From: Modestobacter sp. I12A-02662
GTDB taxonomy: Bacteria; Actinomycetota; Actinomycetes; Mycobacteriales; Geodermatophilaceae
Length of the DNA stretch: 64,000 bases
NCBI RefSeq assembly: GCF_041028325.1
Contig: NZ_JABGDE010000013.1
Coordinates: 118,980 to 182,979, forward strand
Reading direction: 5' to 3'
The notes below the pieces were generated by a model that was not told the origin of the DNA, searched no databases, and worked only from the letters and a program-made list of their open reading frames with translations. Position numbers and translations under genes: made by a program. Below are positions 39,975-48,771 of the stretch, one piece after another. Position 1 is the first letter of the stretch. Every line of letters starts with the position of its first letter.

Positions 39975-40523
39975 TCAGAAGTCCTCGGTCCCGGCGACGG
40001 CCGCGGGGTCCCCGCCGAAGACGCCCGCCGCGACCTCGCGGCGCGCCTCCGTCAGCCACGCGAACTGCCGGTTCGCCTGGTCGATGAGCCGGTCGAAGAG
40101 CGCCTTGTCGATCCGGTCGTCCACCTCGGCGGCGATCCGCATCGTCTCGAAGCCGCTGCGCTTGCCGCGGACGGCGGAGGCGAGGAACTCGAACTCGACC
40201 AGGTCGCTGAGCGGTGAACGACTGAGCAGGTGGCCGTTCAGCTTGGCCCGGCTGGCCTTCTCGGCGACCCAGACGGCCAGCTGCTTGTACTGCCGCACCG
40301 GCAGGCCCAGCGCGCGCGTCTGCCGGGTCAGCGCGGACTTCTCCTCGCGCAGCTCGTCGAGCAGCTGCCGCAGGGGCCCCTCGTACCGGGTGCCCCGCTG
40401 GACCCCGATCATCCGTGACACGAGCTCGATGCCCCCGGCCGCGGACGCCAGGTGGTCGTTGCAGTAGACCCCCAGGAGGGCCGGCTGCCGGACGCCGGGG
40501 GTGCCTGCTGAGCTGTCGGTCAC
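39975..40523 (-). CDS. hypothetical protein
   Basis: 182-aa ORF with coding GC3 skew, divergent from the HTH-MurA gene; no recognised motif. Confidence 0.45.
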   Translation of the reverse strand: MTDSSAGTPGVRQPALLGVYCNDHLASAAGGIELVSRMIGVQRGTRYEGPLRQLLDELREEKSALTRQTRALGLPVRQYKQLAVWVAEKASRAKLNGHLLSRSPLSDLVEFEFLASAVRGKRSGFETMRIAAEVDDRIDKALFDRLIDQANRQFAWLTEARREVAAGVFGGDPAAVAGTEDF

Positions 40524-40658
40524 GGGATCTCCTCGCTTCGCGCTGCGTCGTCCACCCCATCATCCCGGCTGGTCACGGCGGCGGCACGCCCGCGCCGCCG
40601 AGGTGGCCGGTCAACGGGCCGTCCGGAGATCCCACGCGTGTAATACGGTCCCGCTCCG

Positions 40659-42203
40659 ATGACGCTCACCGAATCGGTCACCGGTCAGGACGTGCGCAAC
40701 GTCGGCGGCCTGGTCCAGGGCGCCCGCCGGCACCGCGGGCTGACCCAGGCGCAGCTCGCCGAGCGCCTGGGCACCAGCCCGGTCGAGGTCGCCCGGATCG
40801 AGCAGGGGGACCAGGAGGTCAGCTGGGAGCTGCTCGGTCGCCTGGCGGCTGCCCTCGGCGACGGCCCGGTGCCGGTCGGCCGGACCGTCCGCACCCACCT
40901 GCGGGTCAGCGGCGGCACCCCGCTGCACGGCAGCGTGACGGTCAAGTCGTCGAAGAACGCCGCCGTCGCCCTGCTGTGCGCGTCCCTGCTCAACCGCGGC
41001 CGGACGACGCTGCGCAACGTCGCCCGGATCGTCGAGGTCGACCGCATCCTCGCCGTGCTGACCTCGATCGGTGTCTCGGCCACCTGGGACGCCGGCGGCC
41101 GCGACCTCACCCTCGTCGTCCCCGAGCGGCTCGACCTCGCCGCGATCGACGCCGACGCCGCCCGCCGCACCCGCAGCATCATCATGTTCCTGGGCCCGCT
41201 GCTGCACCGGGCCGACAGCTTCGAGCTGCCCTACGCCGGCGGCTGCGACCTGGGCACCCGCACGGTGGAGCCGCACATGATCGCGCTGCGGCACTTCGGG
41301 CTCGCGGTGGAGGCCCGCGCCGGCCGGTACCAGGCGACGGTGACCCGCTCGGCCGGACGGGACCGCACGATCGTGCTGACCGAGCGCGGTGACACCGTCA
41401 CCGAGAACGCGCTGCTCGCCGCCGCCCGGCACGACGGGACGACGACGATCCGCAACGCCAGCCCGAACTACATGGTCCAGGACCTCTGCCTGTACCTGGA
41501 GAAGCTCGGCGTGCGGATCGAGGGCTTCGGGACGACGACGCTCGTGGTCACCGGCCGCCCGGTGCTCGACGCCGACGTCGACTACCCGCTGAGCGAGGAC
41601 CCGGTCGAGGCGATGAGCCTGCTGACCGCGGGGATCGTGACGGGCTCCGAGCTCACCGTGCGCCGGGCGCCGATCGAGTTCCTGGAGATCGAGCTGGCGA
41701 TCCTGGCCGAGATGGGGCTGCGCTACCAGCTGTCACCGGAGTACCCCGCCGACAACGGCCGCACCCGGCTGGTCGACGTCACCCTCCACCCCTCGCAGCT
41801 GCGGGCACCGCTGGACAAGGTGCACCCGATGCCGTTCCCGGGGCTGAACATCGACAACCTGCCGTTCTTCGCCGTCATCGCCGCGGCCGCCACCGGCGAG
41901 ACGGTGATCCACGACTGGGTCTACGACAACCGGGCCATCCACCTCTCCGACCTGACCCGGCTGGGTGCCGACGTCCGACTGCTCGATCCGCACCGGGTCC
42001 TGGTGTCCGGGCCGACCCGCTGGTCGGGCGCGGAGATCGTCTGCCCACCCGCGCTGCGCCCGGCGGTGTGCATCCTGCTCGCGATGCTCGCGGCCAAGGG
42101 GCAGTCGGTGCTGCGGAACGTCGACATCATCGCCCGCGGGTACGAGCAGCTCTACGAGCGCCTGGTGGAGATGGGCGCCCAGATCGAGGTCTTCACCGAC
42201 TGA
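40659..42203 (+). CDS. UDP-N-acetylglucosamine 1-carboxyvinyltransferase (MurA)-like enzyme with N-terminal HTH_XRE domain
   Basis: residues about 20-75 form an XRE HTH (RHRGLTQAQLAERLGTSPVEVARIEQG); the rest matches MurA including the K22-equivalent (KSSKNAA) and catalytic Cys loop (YAGGCDLGTRTVEPH). Confidence 0.8.
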   Translation: MTLTESVTGQDVRNVGGLVQGARRHRGLTQAQLAERLGTSPVEVARIEQGDQEVSWELLGRLAAALGDGPVPVGRTVRTHLRVSGGTPLHGSVTVKSSKNAAVALLCASLLNRGRTTLRNVARIVEVDRILAVLTSIGVSATWDAGGRDLTLVVPERLDLAAIDADAARRTRSIIMFLGPLLHRADSFELPYAGGCDLGTRTVEPHMIALRHFGLAVEARAGRYQATVTRSAGRDRTIVLTERGDTVTENALLAAARHDGTTTIRNASPNYMVQDLCLYLEKLGVRIEGFGTTTLVVTGRPVLDADVDYPLSEDPVEAMSLLTAGIVTGSELTVRRAPIEFLEIELAILAEMGLRYQLSPEYPADNGRTRLVDVTLHPSQLRAPLDKVHPMPFPGLNIDNLPFFAVIAAAATGETVIHDWVYDNRAIHLSDLTRLGADVRLLDPHRVLVSGPTRWSGAEIVCPPALRPAVCILLAMLAAKGQSVLRNVDIIARGYEQLYERLVEMGAQIEVFTD

Positions 42204-42212
42204 AGCACGTAC

Positions 42213-42234
42213 GGCCATGTTGGCCAACATGGCC
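42213..42234. repeat. 22-bp perfect palindrome GGCCATGTTGGCCAACATGGCC, copy 1
   Basis: read directly; lies between the murA-like stop and the DUF559 gene stop. Confidence 0.9.
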
Positions 42235-42238
42235 GGGT

Positions 42239-43144
42239 TCACCGGGCCAGGGCGGCGCGGACCCGGACGACGACGCCGTCCAGGTCACGCAGATCGACGG
42301 CACTGAGCCGGACCACCCGCCATCCCGCGGCCTGCAGGCGGGCGGTGCGGTCGTCGTCCCGGACGATCTGGGTGCCGTCGAAGTGGTGGGCGCCCTCGTA
42401 CTCCACCAGCACCATCTCCTCGGGGAACGCGAGGTCCGCCCGGCCGACGAACACGCCGTCCACGAGGACCTCGAACTGCGGGACCGGCGCGAGCCCGGCC
42501 ATGACGAGCGCCACCCGGACCCTCGACTCCGGTGGCGACTCCGCGCGGGGGTCGACCAGGGGGACGGCCCGTCGCATCCGGACGACTCCCTTGCGGCCGG
42601 TCGCCCCGGCCGACATGGCGTGCAGTGCGTCGATGCTGACGCTCCCGCAGCGGACCATGGCGTCCAGCGCGGCGACCGCGGTGCCGAGCGGCTCCCACGC
42701 CGCCAGGTCCCACGCCGTCCGCACGGCCGAGGTGACCGGGACGTCGTCGTGCCACTCGACCTCTGCGGAGGACAGCTCGGCCTGGTGTACGCACACCTCG
42801 CGCGGCCCCTTCCACAGCACGGACGGAGGGCGCACGACGGTGACGGGGTCGGAGGGACCGGCGAACGGGGCACCGTGCCATGCCGCTGCTGAGTGGCCGG
42901 CGACCGCGGTCCCCTTCGGGAGGAGCAGCGCGACCCCGCAACAGCGAAGCCGGTGGTCGAACTCGAGTCCGGGGTCGGCGTACACCCCGTGGACGAGGCG
43001 TCGGTAGCTCCGTTCCCGCAACTGCCGGCGGGTGAGCAGGCCCGCCGCGATCGCGTGGCTGCCGATGAAGACCCCGGGGAGCAGGTGACCGCGCACCTGG
43101 TGCAGCGTGGCGGAGCCGACCGGGTTCCCGCTGCGCTCGTCCAC
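42239..43144 (-). CDS. DUF559 (Vsr-like endonuclease domain) protein
   Basis: C-terminal ..YEGAHHFD...RDDDRTARLQAAGWRVVRLSAVDL typical of actinobacterial DUF559 proteins. Confidence 0.75.
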   Translation of the reverse strand: MDERSGNPVGSATLHQVRGHLLPGVFIGSHAIAAGLLTRRQLRERSYRRLVHGVYADPGLEFDHRLRCCGVALLLPKGTAVAGHSAAAWHGAPFAGPSDPVTVVRPPSVLWKGPREVCVHQAELSSAEVEWHDDVPVTSAVRTAWDLAAWEPLGTAVAALDAMVRCGSVSIDALHAMSAGATGRKGVVRMRRAVPLVDPRAESPPESRVRVALVMAGLAPVPQFEVLVDGVFVGRADLAFPEEMVLVEYEGAHHFDGTQIVRDDDRTARLQAAGWRVVRLSAVDLRDLDGVVVRVRAALAR

Positions 43145-43148
43145 GGGC

Positions 43149-43170
43149 GGCCATGTTGGCCAACATGGCC
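43149..43170. repeat. 22-bp perfect palindrome GGCCATGTTGGCCAACATGGCC, copy 2 (identical to copy 1)
   Basis: read directly; lies between the DUF559 start and the stop of the downstream minus-strand gene. Confidence 0.9.
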
Positions 43171-43177
43171 GCAGGGG

Positions 43178-43756
43178 TCAGTGCCGGAGGAGGACGGCGG
43201 CGCCCACGCAGCCGAGGGCCCACAGGCCGCTGGCGAGGGTGCCGATGATGAACCGTTCGGCGGCCACCGGGGCCTTGACCTCGTGGAACCGGCCCAGCCC
43301 CTTCACCGCGATGAGCACCGCCAGCCCCTCCTGCCAGCCGGCCAGCACCGTGCCGGCGATCGCGGTGCGTTCCAGGACGCCGATCCACGCGCCGCCACGC
43401 AGCACCTCCGGATCGGCCAGGGTCCGGGGGGCGGGTTTGACCTCGGCCCCCACGACGTCGGAGCGGGTGGCGGTGGCGGGCGGGCGCGGCTCGTCCCGTT
43501 CCGGGTCCGCGGCGCGCAGCACGGCCGTGGCGACCGGGCCGCCGCCGAGCGCGGCCGCGACCACGGCCAGCACCGTGCCCAGGGCCTGCGCGCCGTCGCC
43601 GGTGCCGCCGGCCCGCCAGGCGAGCGCGGCGGCGCCGGCCAGCAGGACGACGAGGCACAGCGCACCCAGCGGCCGTCGCACCCGCTCCCCCCGCAGCGTG
43701 AGCCCGCCCCCGCAGACGGCCAGGACGGCGAGCAGCGCGAGCGCCGCGTTGGTCAT
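43178..43756 (-). CDS. small integral membrane protein
   Basis: 192 aa, 4-5 TM segments; ATG overlaps the upstream stop (ATGA). Confidence 0.5.
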   Translation of the reverse strand: MTNAALALLAVLAVCGGGLTLRGERVRRPLGALCLVVLLAGAAALAWRAGGTGDGAQALGTVLAVVAAALGGGPVATAVLRAADPERDEPRPPATATRSDVVGAEVKPAPRTLADPEVLRGGAWIGVLERTAIAGTVLAGWQEGLAVLIAVKGLGRFHEVKAPVAAERFIIGTLASGLWALGCVGAAVLLRH

Positions 43757-44337
43757 CCGGCGGCCCGCGCCAGCAGCCGGGCGGCGGTGGGCCGCAGGTC
43801 CCGCTCGACCTCCCACAACCCGGCGGCCAGCCGCTGGCCGACGGCCTGCCGGGTGACGCCCAGCTCGCCGGCCGCCTGCGCCTGCGTCCGACCCTCCTCC
43901 ACCAGCTCCACCGCCTCCCACGCCTGGTCGCTGCGCCGGTCCAGGAGCGCGGCCAGGGCGGTGAGCACCGCCTGCGCGTCCTCCGCGGCCTCGGTGACCG
44001 CTCCCCGCACGGCCACCCGCACCGGCCGCCGCTTGGCGGCCTCGACGGCGGCCCGCGCCGCCAGGAACGCCGGGCCGGTCGCCGCCCGGGTGCTGCGGGG
44101 CAGCGGTGTCTGCACCGGTCCGGCCCCGATCCCGATGCTCCAGCCGCCACCGCGCACCAGGCGGCGGACGACCTCGACCACGGCGGCCGGGTCGTCGAGC
44201 ACGCCCTGGACCTCGTCGCCGGCGGTGCGCTCGAAGCGGAGCACCGTGGGCACCCCGGACAGCGCGGCCAGGACGGCGGGGACCTGGTCGCTCGACCGGC
44301 GGCTCCCCCGCTGGTCCACGGTCAACACGAACGGCAT
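43753..44337 (-). CDS. hypothetical cytoplasmic protein with C-terminal sigma-70 region-4-like HTH (possibly SatD-like)
   Basis: C-terminal EEGRTQAQAAGELGVTRQAVGQRL HTH; upstream of the membrane protein in an overlapping operon. Confidence 0.5.
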   Translation of the reverse strand: MPFVLTVDQRGSRRSSDQVPAVLAALSGVPTVLRFERTAGDEVQGVLDDPAAVVEVVRRLVRGGGWSIGIGAGPVQTPLPRSTRAATGPAFLAARAAVEAAKRRPVRVAVRGAVTEAAEDAQAVLTALAALLDRRSDQAWEAVELVEEGRTQAQAAGELGVTRQAVGQRLAAGLWEVERDLRPTAARLLARAAG

Positions 44338-44375
44338 ACCGCAAGTTCAGCAGCTTGCATCGAGAAAGGCAAGGC

Positions 44376-44858
44376 TCAGAACTTTGCGGTAGCTCGGTCG
44401 CCGGGGAGCTCGGGCGGGAAGCCACCGGTGGCCACCGGGCCCCACCGCTCGATCGTCACCCGCAGCAGCACCTTGCCCTGGCGCGTCATCGCGGCCCGGT
44501 AATCGTCCCAGTCGGGGTGCTCCCCGCTGATCGCCCGGAAGTACCCGACCAGCGGCTCGAGCGCCTCGGGCAGGTCGAGCACCTCGGCGGCGCCGTCCAC
44601 CTGCACCCAGGGGCCGTCGAAGTCGTCGGAGAGCACGCACAGCGAGACCTGCGGGTCCCGCCGGGCGTTGACCACCTTCGCCCGCTGCGGGTAGGTGGAG
44701 ACCACGACCCGGCCGTCGTCGTCGATCCCGCAGGTCACCGGCGAGAGCTGGGGCGTGCCGTCCCCCCGGCGGGTGAGCAGCACGGCCTTGTGCCGGGGAC
44801 GCAGGAAGGCGAGCAACGCGTCGCGGTCGACCCGGTCGGTGGTGGCGGTCTTCGGCAT
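44376..44858 (-). CDS. pyridoxamine 5'-phosphate oxidase-family (PPOX class, likely F420-dependent) protein
   Basis: 160 aa; LLTRRGDGTPQLSPVTCGID..VVVSTYPQRAKVVNARRDPQVSLCVL PPOX-fold signature. Confidence 0.7.
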   Translation of the reverse strand: MPKTATTDRVDRDALLAFLRPRHKAVLLTRRGDGTPQLSPVTCGIDDDGRVVVSTYPQRAKVVNARRDPQVSLCVLSDDFDGPWVQVDGAAEVLDLPEALEPLVGYFRAISGEHPDWDDYRAAMTRQGKVLLRVTIERWGPVATGGFPPELPGDRATAKF

Positions 44859-44957
44859 GCCGCTGAACCTACGGCGAGGGTCCGACAGCGTCGTCCCGGC
44901 CGGGCGGCACCGTGCGGCGGACAGGTCCCCGGCACGCCGATGTGTTGGGATCAACGC

Positions 44958-46256
44958 ATGCCCGACCCCCGGTCCGACGAGTCCACCGACGCATCGCCGG
45001 TCCCCGCTGCCCCGAACGGCCCCGGCTCGACGGCGGTGCGCCGTCCCGCCGGGCCGGCCCCCGACGAGGTGTCCAGCACCCGCGCGCCCGCGCCCGGCCC
45101 GGACCGCGCCCAGCGCCTGGAGGCCGCCTCCCGCCGGGTGGCGATCGCCTCCGGTCAGCTGATCCTCATCGTCGCGGCGCTCATCGTCATCGGCTACGTG
45201 CTCGGCCGGCTGTGGGGGGTCCTGCTCCCGGTGGTCCTCGGCCTGCTGTTCAGCACCGTGCTCTGGCCGTTCACCCGGTTCCTGCGCCGGCACTCCTGGC
45301 CGCCGGCGCTCGCCGCCGCGCTGACGCTGCTGATCTTCCTCGGCGCGCTCGGCGGGATCATCGCCGTCCTCACCCCGCAGGTGGCGGGCCAGGCCGAGCA
45401 GGTGGCCGACGGCGTGACCGGCGGGCTGCAGGAGGTGCAGGAGTGGGTCGCCGGTCCGCCGCTCAACCTCGGCGAGGACCAGGTCGGCACCGCCGTCGAC
45501 TCGGTGATCAACTCCATCCAGAACAACGCGCAGAACATCGCCGGGTACGCGGTCACCACGGCGACCACGATCGGCAACGCGCTGCTCAACCTGGTGCTCG
45601 CGCTGGTCCTCACCTTCTTCTTCCTCAAGGACGGCCCGAAGTGGGTCCCGTGGCTGGCCGCCCAGACCGGCCCACGGGCCGCGCCGCACGTCGCCGCGCT
45701 GTCGCTGAAGACGTGGTCGACGCTGTCGGAGTTCATCCGCCAGCAGGCCCTCGTGGGCTTCGTCGACGCCTTCTTCATCGGCCTGGGCCTGCTCATCCTC
45801 GGCGTGCCACTGGTCCTGCCACTGGCCGTGCTGACCTTCTTCGGCGCGTTCATCCCGATCATCGGCGCCTTCGTGGCCGGCGCGTTCGCCGTCCTCATCG
45901 CGCTGGTCAGCGTGGGGTTCACCAAGGCGCTGATCGTGCTGGCGATCGTGGTCGCCGTGCAGCAGCTGGAGGGCAACGTGCTGCAGCCGATCATCCAGGG
46001 CCGCGGGCTGAACCTGCACGCCGCCGTGGTCATCCTGGCGGTGACCGCCGGCGCGAGCCTGGCCGGCATCATCGGCGCGTTCCTCAGCGTCCCGGTGGCC
46101 GCGCTGCTCGCCGTCTTCTACCGCTACGGCCGGGACATGCTCGACGGCCTCTCCCCCGAGGTCGCGGCCGACGGCACCCGGAGTGAGCTCACCGGCGACT
46201 CCAGTGGCGCCCAGCTGGTGCGCCAGTCCGCCGACGACGACACCCCCGGCATCTGA
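44958..46256 (+). CDS. AI-2E family transporter (PerM/UPF0118)
   Basis: multi-TM protein with the characteristic ..LVLALVLTFFFLKDG.. and C-terminal GASLAGIIGAFLSVPVAA motifs. Confidence 0.8.
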   Translation: MPDPRSDESTDASPVPAAPNGPGSTAVRRPAGPAPDEVSSTRAPAPGPDRAQRLEAASRRVAIASGQLILIVAALIVIGYVLGRLWGVLLPVVLGLLFSTVLWPFTRFLRRHSWPPALAAALTLLIFLGALGGIIAVLTPQVAGQAEQVADGVTGGLQEVQEWVAGPPLNLGEDQVGTAVDSVINSIQNNAQNIAGYAVTTATTIGNALLNLVLALVLTFFFLKDGPKWVPWLAAQTGPRAAPHVAALSLKTWSTLSEFIRQQALVGFVDAFFIGLGLLILGVPLVLPLAVLTFFGAFIPIIGAFVAGAFAVLIALVSVGFTKALIVLAIVVAVQQLEGNVLQPIIQGRGLNLHAAVVILAVTAGASLAGIIGAFLSVPVAALLAVFYRYGRDMLDGLSPEVAADGTRSELTGDSSGAQLVRQSADDDTPGI

Positions 46257-46349
46257 CCGGCACCCCCCGCGCGGGGGATCATGGGAATGTCCGCGCTCCG
46301 GCCACGGCTGGTGGTCGTGTCGCCAGTCCCGATGTCAGGAGGAGGTCCC

Positions 46350-47303
46350 GTGCCGCAGCGACCCGAGGACCTGGTCGAGGTGCTCCCCGACGCAGAGCCG
46401 CTGCTCGCCCGCCAGGCGGGGGTGGCCGCGCCGGACGAGCGCCGTGAGCTCGTGCTGGTGCACGACCTGGCAGGTGAGTTCGACGCCGCCCACGCCGGTG
46501 CGCTGGCCGGCGCGCACCTGCTGAGCGCGCTGCCGCACCGGCTGGTCGCCCGCTTCGACGTCGACAGCCTGGTCGACTACCGCGACCACCGGCCGCGGAT
46601 GACGTTCTCCGGCGACCGGTACGTCTCGATCACCCCGCCGGAGATCAACCTGTACCTGGTCGAGGACGACGCGGGGCAGGAGTTCCTCCTGCTGCACGGG
46701 GCCGAGCCGGACCTCGCCTGGGAGCGGTTCGTCGCCGCCCTGCTGCAGCTGGTCGAGCGCCTCGGGGTGACGACGGTGGTGGCCCTCCACGCCATCCCGA
46801 TGCCGGTGCCGCACACCCGGCCGGTGACCGTCACGGCGCACGCCACCCGCCGCCAGCTCATCGAGTCCTACCCCGTCTACTGGGGCGAGATGCGCCTGCC
46901 CGGCAGCATCGGCGCCCTGCTCGAGCTGCGTCTGGGCGAGGCGGGCGTGGACGCGCTCGGCGTGGCCGCGCACGTGCCGCACTACCTGGCGCAGTCCACC
47001 TACCCGGCGGCCTCGCTCTGCCTGCTGGAGCACCTCGCGGAGCTGACCGGGCTGCACGTGCCGACCGAGACGCTGCGCGAGGCGGCCGAGAGCCACCGCA
47101 CGGAGATCGACGAGCAGGTCGGCCGGTCCAGCGAGAGCACCGCGGTGGTCACGGCCCTGGAGGAGCAGTTCGACTCCTTCACCGCCGCCCGCGAGGACAC
47201 CGGGCTGCTGGGCACCGGCGGCGCGATGCCCACCGGTGAGGAGATCAGCGCGGAGCTGGAGCGGTTCCTCGCCGAGCAGGACCGCAACCGGCCCACCGAC
47301 TGA
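46350..47303 (+). CDS. PAC2-family (proteasome assembly chaperone-like) protein
   Basis: PAC2-like ..LVLVHDL..F.....AL.HA.P...PHTRP.. pattern; GGAGGAGG RBS before GTG 46350 (ATG 46332 is an alternative start). Confidence 0.65.
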   Translation: MPQRPEDLVEVLPDAEPLLARQAGVAAPDERRELVLVHDLAGEFDAAHAGALAGAHLLSALPHRLVARFDVDSLVDYRDHRPRMTFSGDRYVSITPPEINLYLVEDDAGQEFLLLHGAEPDLAWERFVAALLQLVERLGVTTVVALHAIPMPVPHTRPVTVTAHATRRQLIESYPVYWGEMRLPGSIGALLELRLGEAGVDALGVAAHVPHYLAQSTYPAASLCLLEHLAELTGLHVPTETLREAAESHRTEIDEQVGRSSESTAVVTALEEQFDSFTAAREDTGLLGTGGAMPTGEEISAELERFLAEQDRNRPTD

Positions 47304-47325
47304 CGGCCACCGCCGCCGATCGGGC

Positions 47326-47345
47326 GATCGCGCGTTCGCGCGATC
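47326..47345. promoter_or_regulatory. perfect 9-2-9 inverted repeat about 100 bp upstream of hmp
   Basis: GATCGCGCG-TT-CGCGCGATC; followed by a second hairpin CCGCCGTCC-ccgtgt-GGACGGCGG at 47387..47410. Confidence 0.5.
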
Positions 47346-47442
47346 CGGGCATGGTCTAGGTGCATGGTGGCTACGGGGAGGAGATGCCGCCGTCCCCGTG
47401 TGGACGGCGGCGCCTGCACCGTCCCCGACGCGAGGAGCACCG

Positions 47443-48687
47443 ATGCTCTCCGACCGTTCCCGCCCGGTCATCGAGGCGACCCTCCCCGTGGTCGCCGACA
47501 ACATCCGGGAGATCGCCCAGCGGTTCTACGCCCACCTGTTCGACCAGCACCCCGAGCTGTTCGACGGGGTCTTCAACCGCGGCAACCAGTCCGAGGGCAC
47601 CCAGCAGGTGGCCCTCGCCGGCTCCGTCGCCGCCTTCGCCAGCGCTCTGGTGAAGACCCCCGAGCAGCTGCCCGAGCACCTGCTGTCCCGCATCGCGCAC
47701 AAGCACGCCTCGCTCGGCATCACCCCGGCCCAGTACGACGTCGTCCACGACAACCTGTTCTGGGCGATCGCGGAGGTCCTCGGCGACGCGGTGACGCCCG
47801 AGGTCGCCGCCGCATGGGACGAGGTCTACTGGCTGATGGCCTACGCGCTCATCAACCAGGAACGCGGCCTCTACAGCGCCCGGGGCGTGCGGCCGGAGAC
47901 CGTGTGGCGCCAGTGGCAGGTGGAGGAGAAGAAGGACGAGACGGCCGACGTCGTCACCTTCCGGCTCAAGCGGATCGACGACCGGCTGGTCCGCACCTCC
48001 CTGCCGGGCCAGTACGTCACCGTGCAGGTACCGACGCCGGACGGCGTGCGGCAGCCGCGGCAGTACAGCCTCACCCGGGCCGACGACGGCGAGCACCGGC
48101 AGTTCTCGGTGAAGCGCGTCCGCGGCAACGGGAAGCCCGACGGCGAGGTGTCGAACCTGCTGTGCGACACCGTGGACGTCGGCGACGTCCTGACCATGTC
48201 GCTGCCCTTTGGGGACGTCGTGCTGGACGACTCGGGCCGCCCGGTGGTGTTCGCCAGCGCGGGGATCGGCGTGACCCCGATGGTCGGGATGATCTCGCAC
48301 CTGGCGATGGCCGGGTCGCGCCTGCCGATCACGGTGCTGCACGCCGACGTGGACGACGCGCACTTCGCCCTGCGCGACCAGCTGCTCTCCGACGTCCGCT
48401 CGCTGCCCGGGGCGTCGCTGCACGTCTGGTACGAGCGCGGGGCCTCCACGTCGCTGCCGGTCGACGGCGTGCACGAGGGCACGATGGACCTCGACGACGT
48501 CCGGCTGCCGGACGGGGCCCTGTACTACCTGTGCGGTCCGCTGCCCTTCATGCAGGCGGTCCGCAGCGCGCTGATCGATCGCGGCATCGCCCCGCGGGAC
48601 ATCCAGTACGAGGTGTTCGGCCCGGACCTGTGGCAGGCGGACATGGACACCGAGCTCGCCCCCGGCGCCACTCCCGTCGCGTCCTAG
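47443..48687 (+). CDS. hmp: flavohemoprotein (nitric oxide dioxygenase)
   Basis: N-terminal globin (RPVIEATLPVVADNIREIAQRFYAHLF.QHPEL), FAD motif (RQYSL), NAD motif (GIGVTPM); GAGGAG RBS. Confidence 0.85.
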   Translation: MLSDRSRPVIEATLPVVADNIREIAQRFYAHLFDQHPELFDGVFNRGNQSEGTQQVALAGSVAAFASALVKTPEQLPEHLLSRIAHKHASLGITPAQYDVVHDNLFWAIAEVLGDAVTPEVAAAWDEVYWLMAYALINQERGLYSARGVRPETVWRQWQVEEKKDETADVVTFRLKRIDDRLVRTSLPGQYVTVQVPTPDGVRQPRQYSLTRADDGEHRQFSVKRVRGNGKPDGEVSNLLCDTVDVGDVLTMSLPFGDVVLDDSGRPVVFASAGIGVTPMVGMISHLAMAGSRLPITVLHADVDDAHFALRDQLLSDVRSLPGASLHVWYERGASTSLPVDGVHEGTMDLDDVRLPDGALYYLCGPLPFMQAVRSALIDRGIAPRDIQYEVFGPDLWQADMDTELAPGATPVAS

Positions 48688-48715
48688 CGGGACACCGACC
48701 GGGCGGAGACCACAG

Positions 48716-48747
48716 CGGGCCGCGACCGGGATCCCGGTCGCGGCCCG
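48716..48747. terminator. 32-bp perfect palindrome hairpin at the hmp/catalase convergent junction
   Basis: CGGGCCGCGACCGGGATCCCGGTCGCGGCCCG. Confidence 0.6.
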
Positions 48748-48771
48748 CCGCGGGAGTGCTGAGCGGTCAGC

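Noticed and set aside
42285-44150. 621-aa minus ORF spanning the DUF559 cassette and neighbouring operon
   Set aside because: Crosses both 22-bp palindromes and three real genes in other frames; composition Arg/Gly/Pro-rich.
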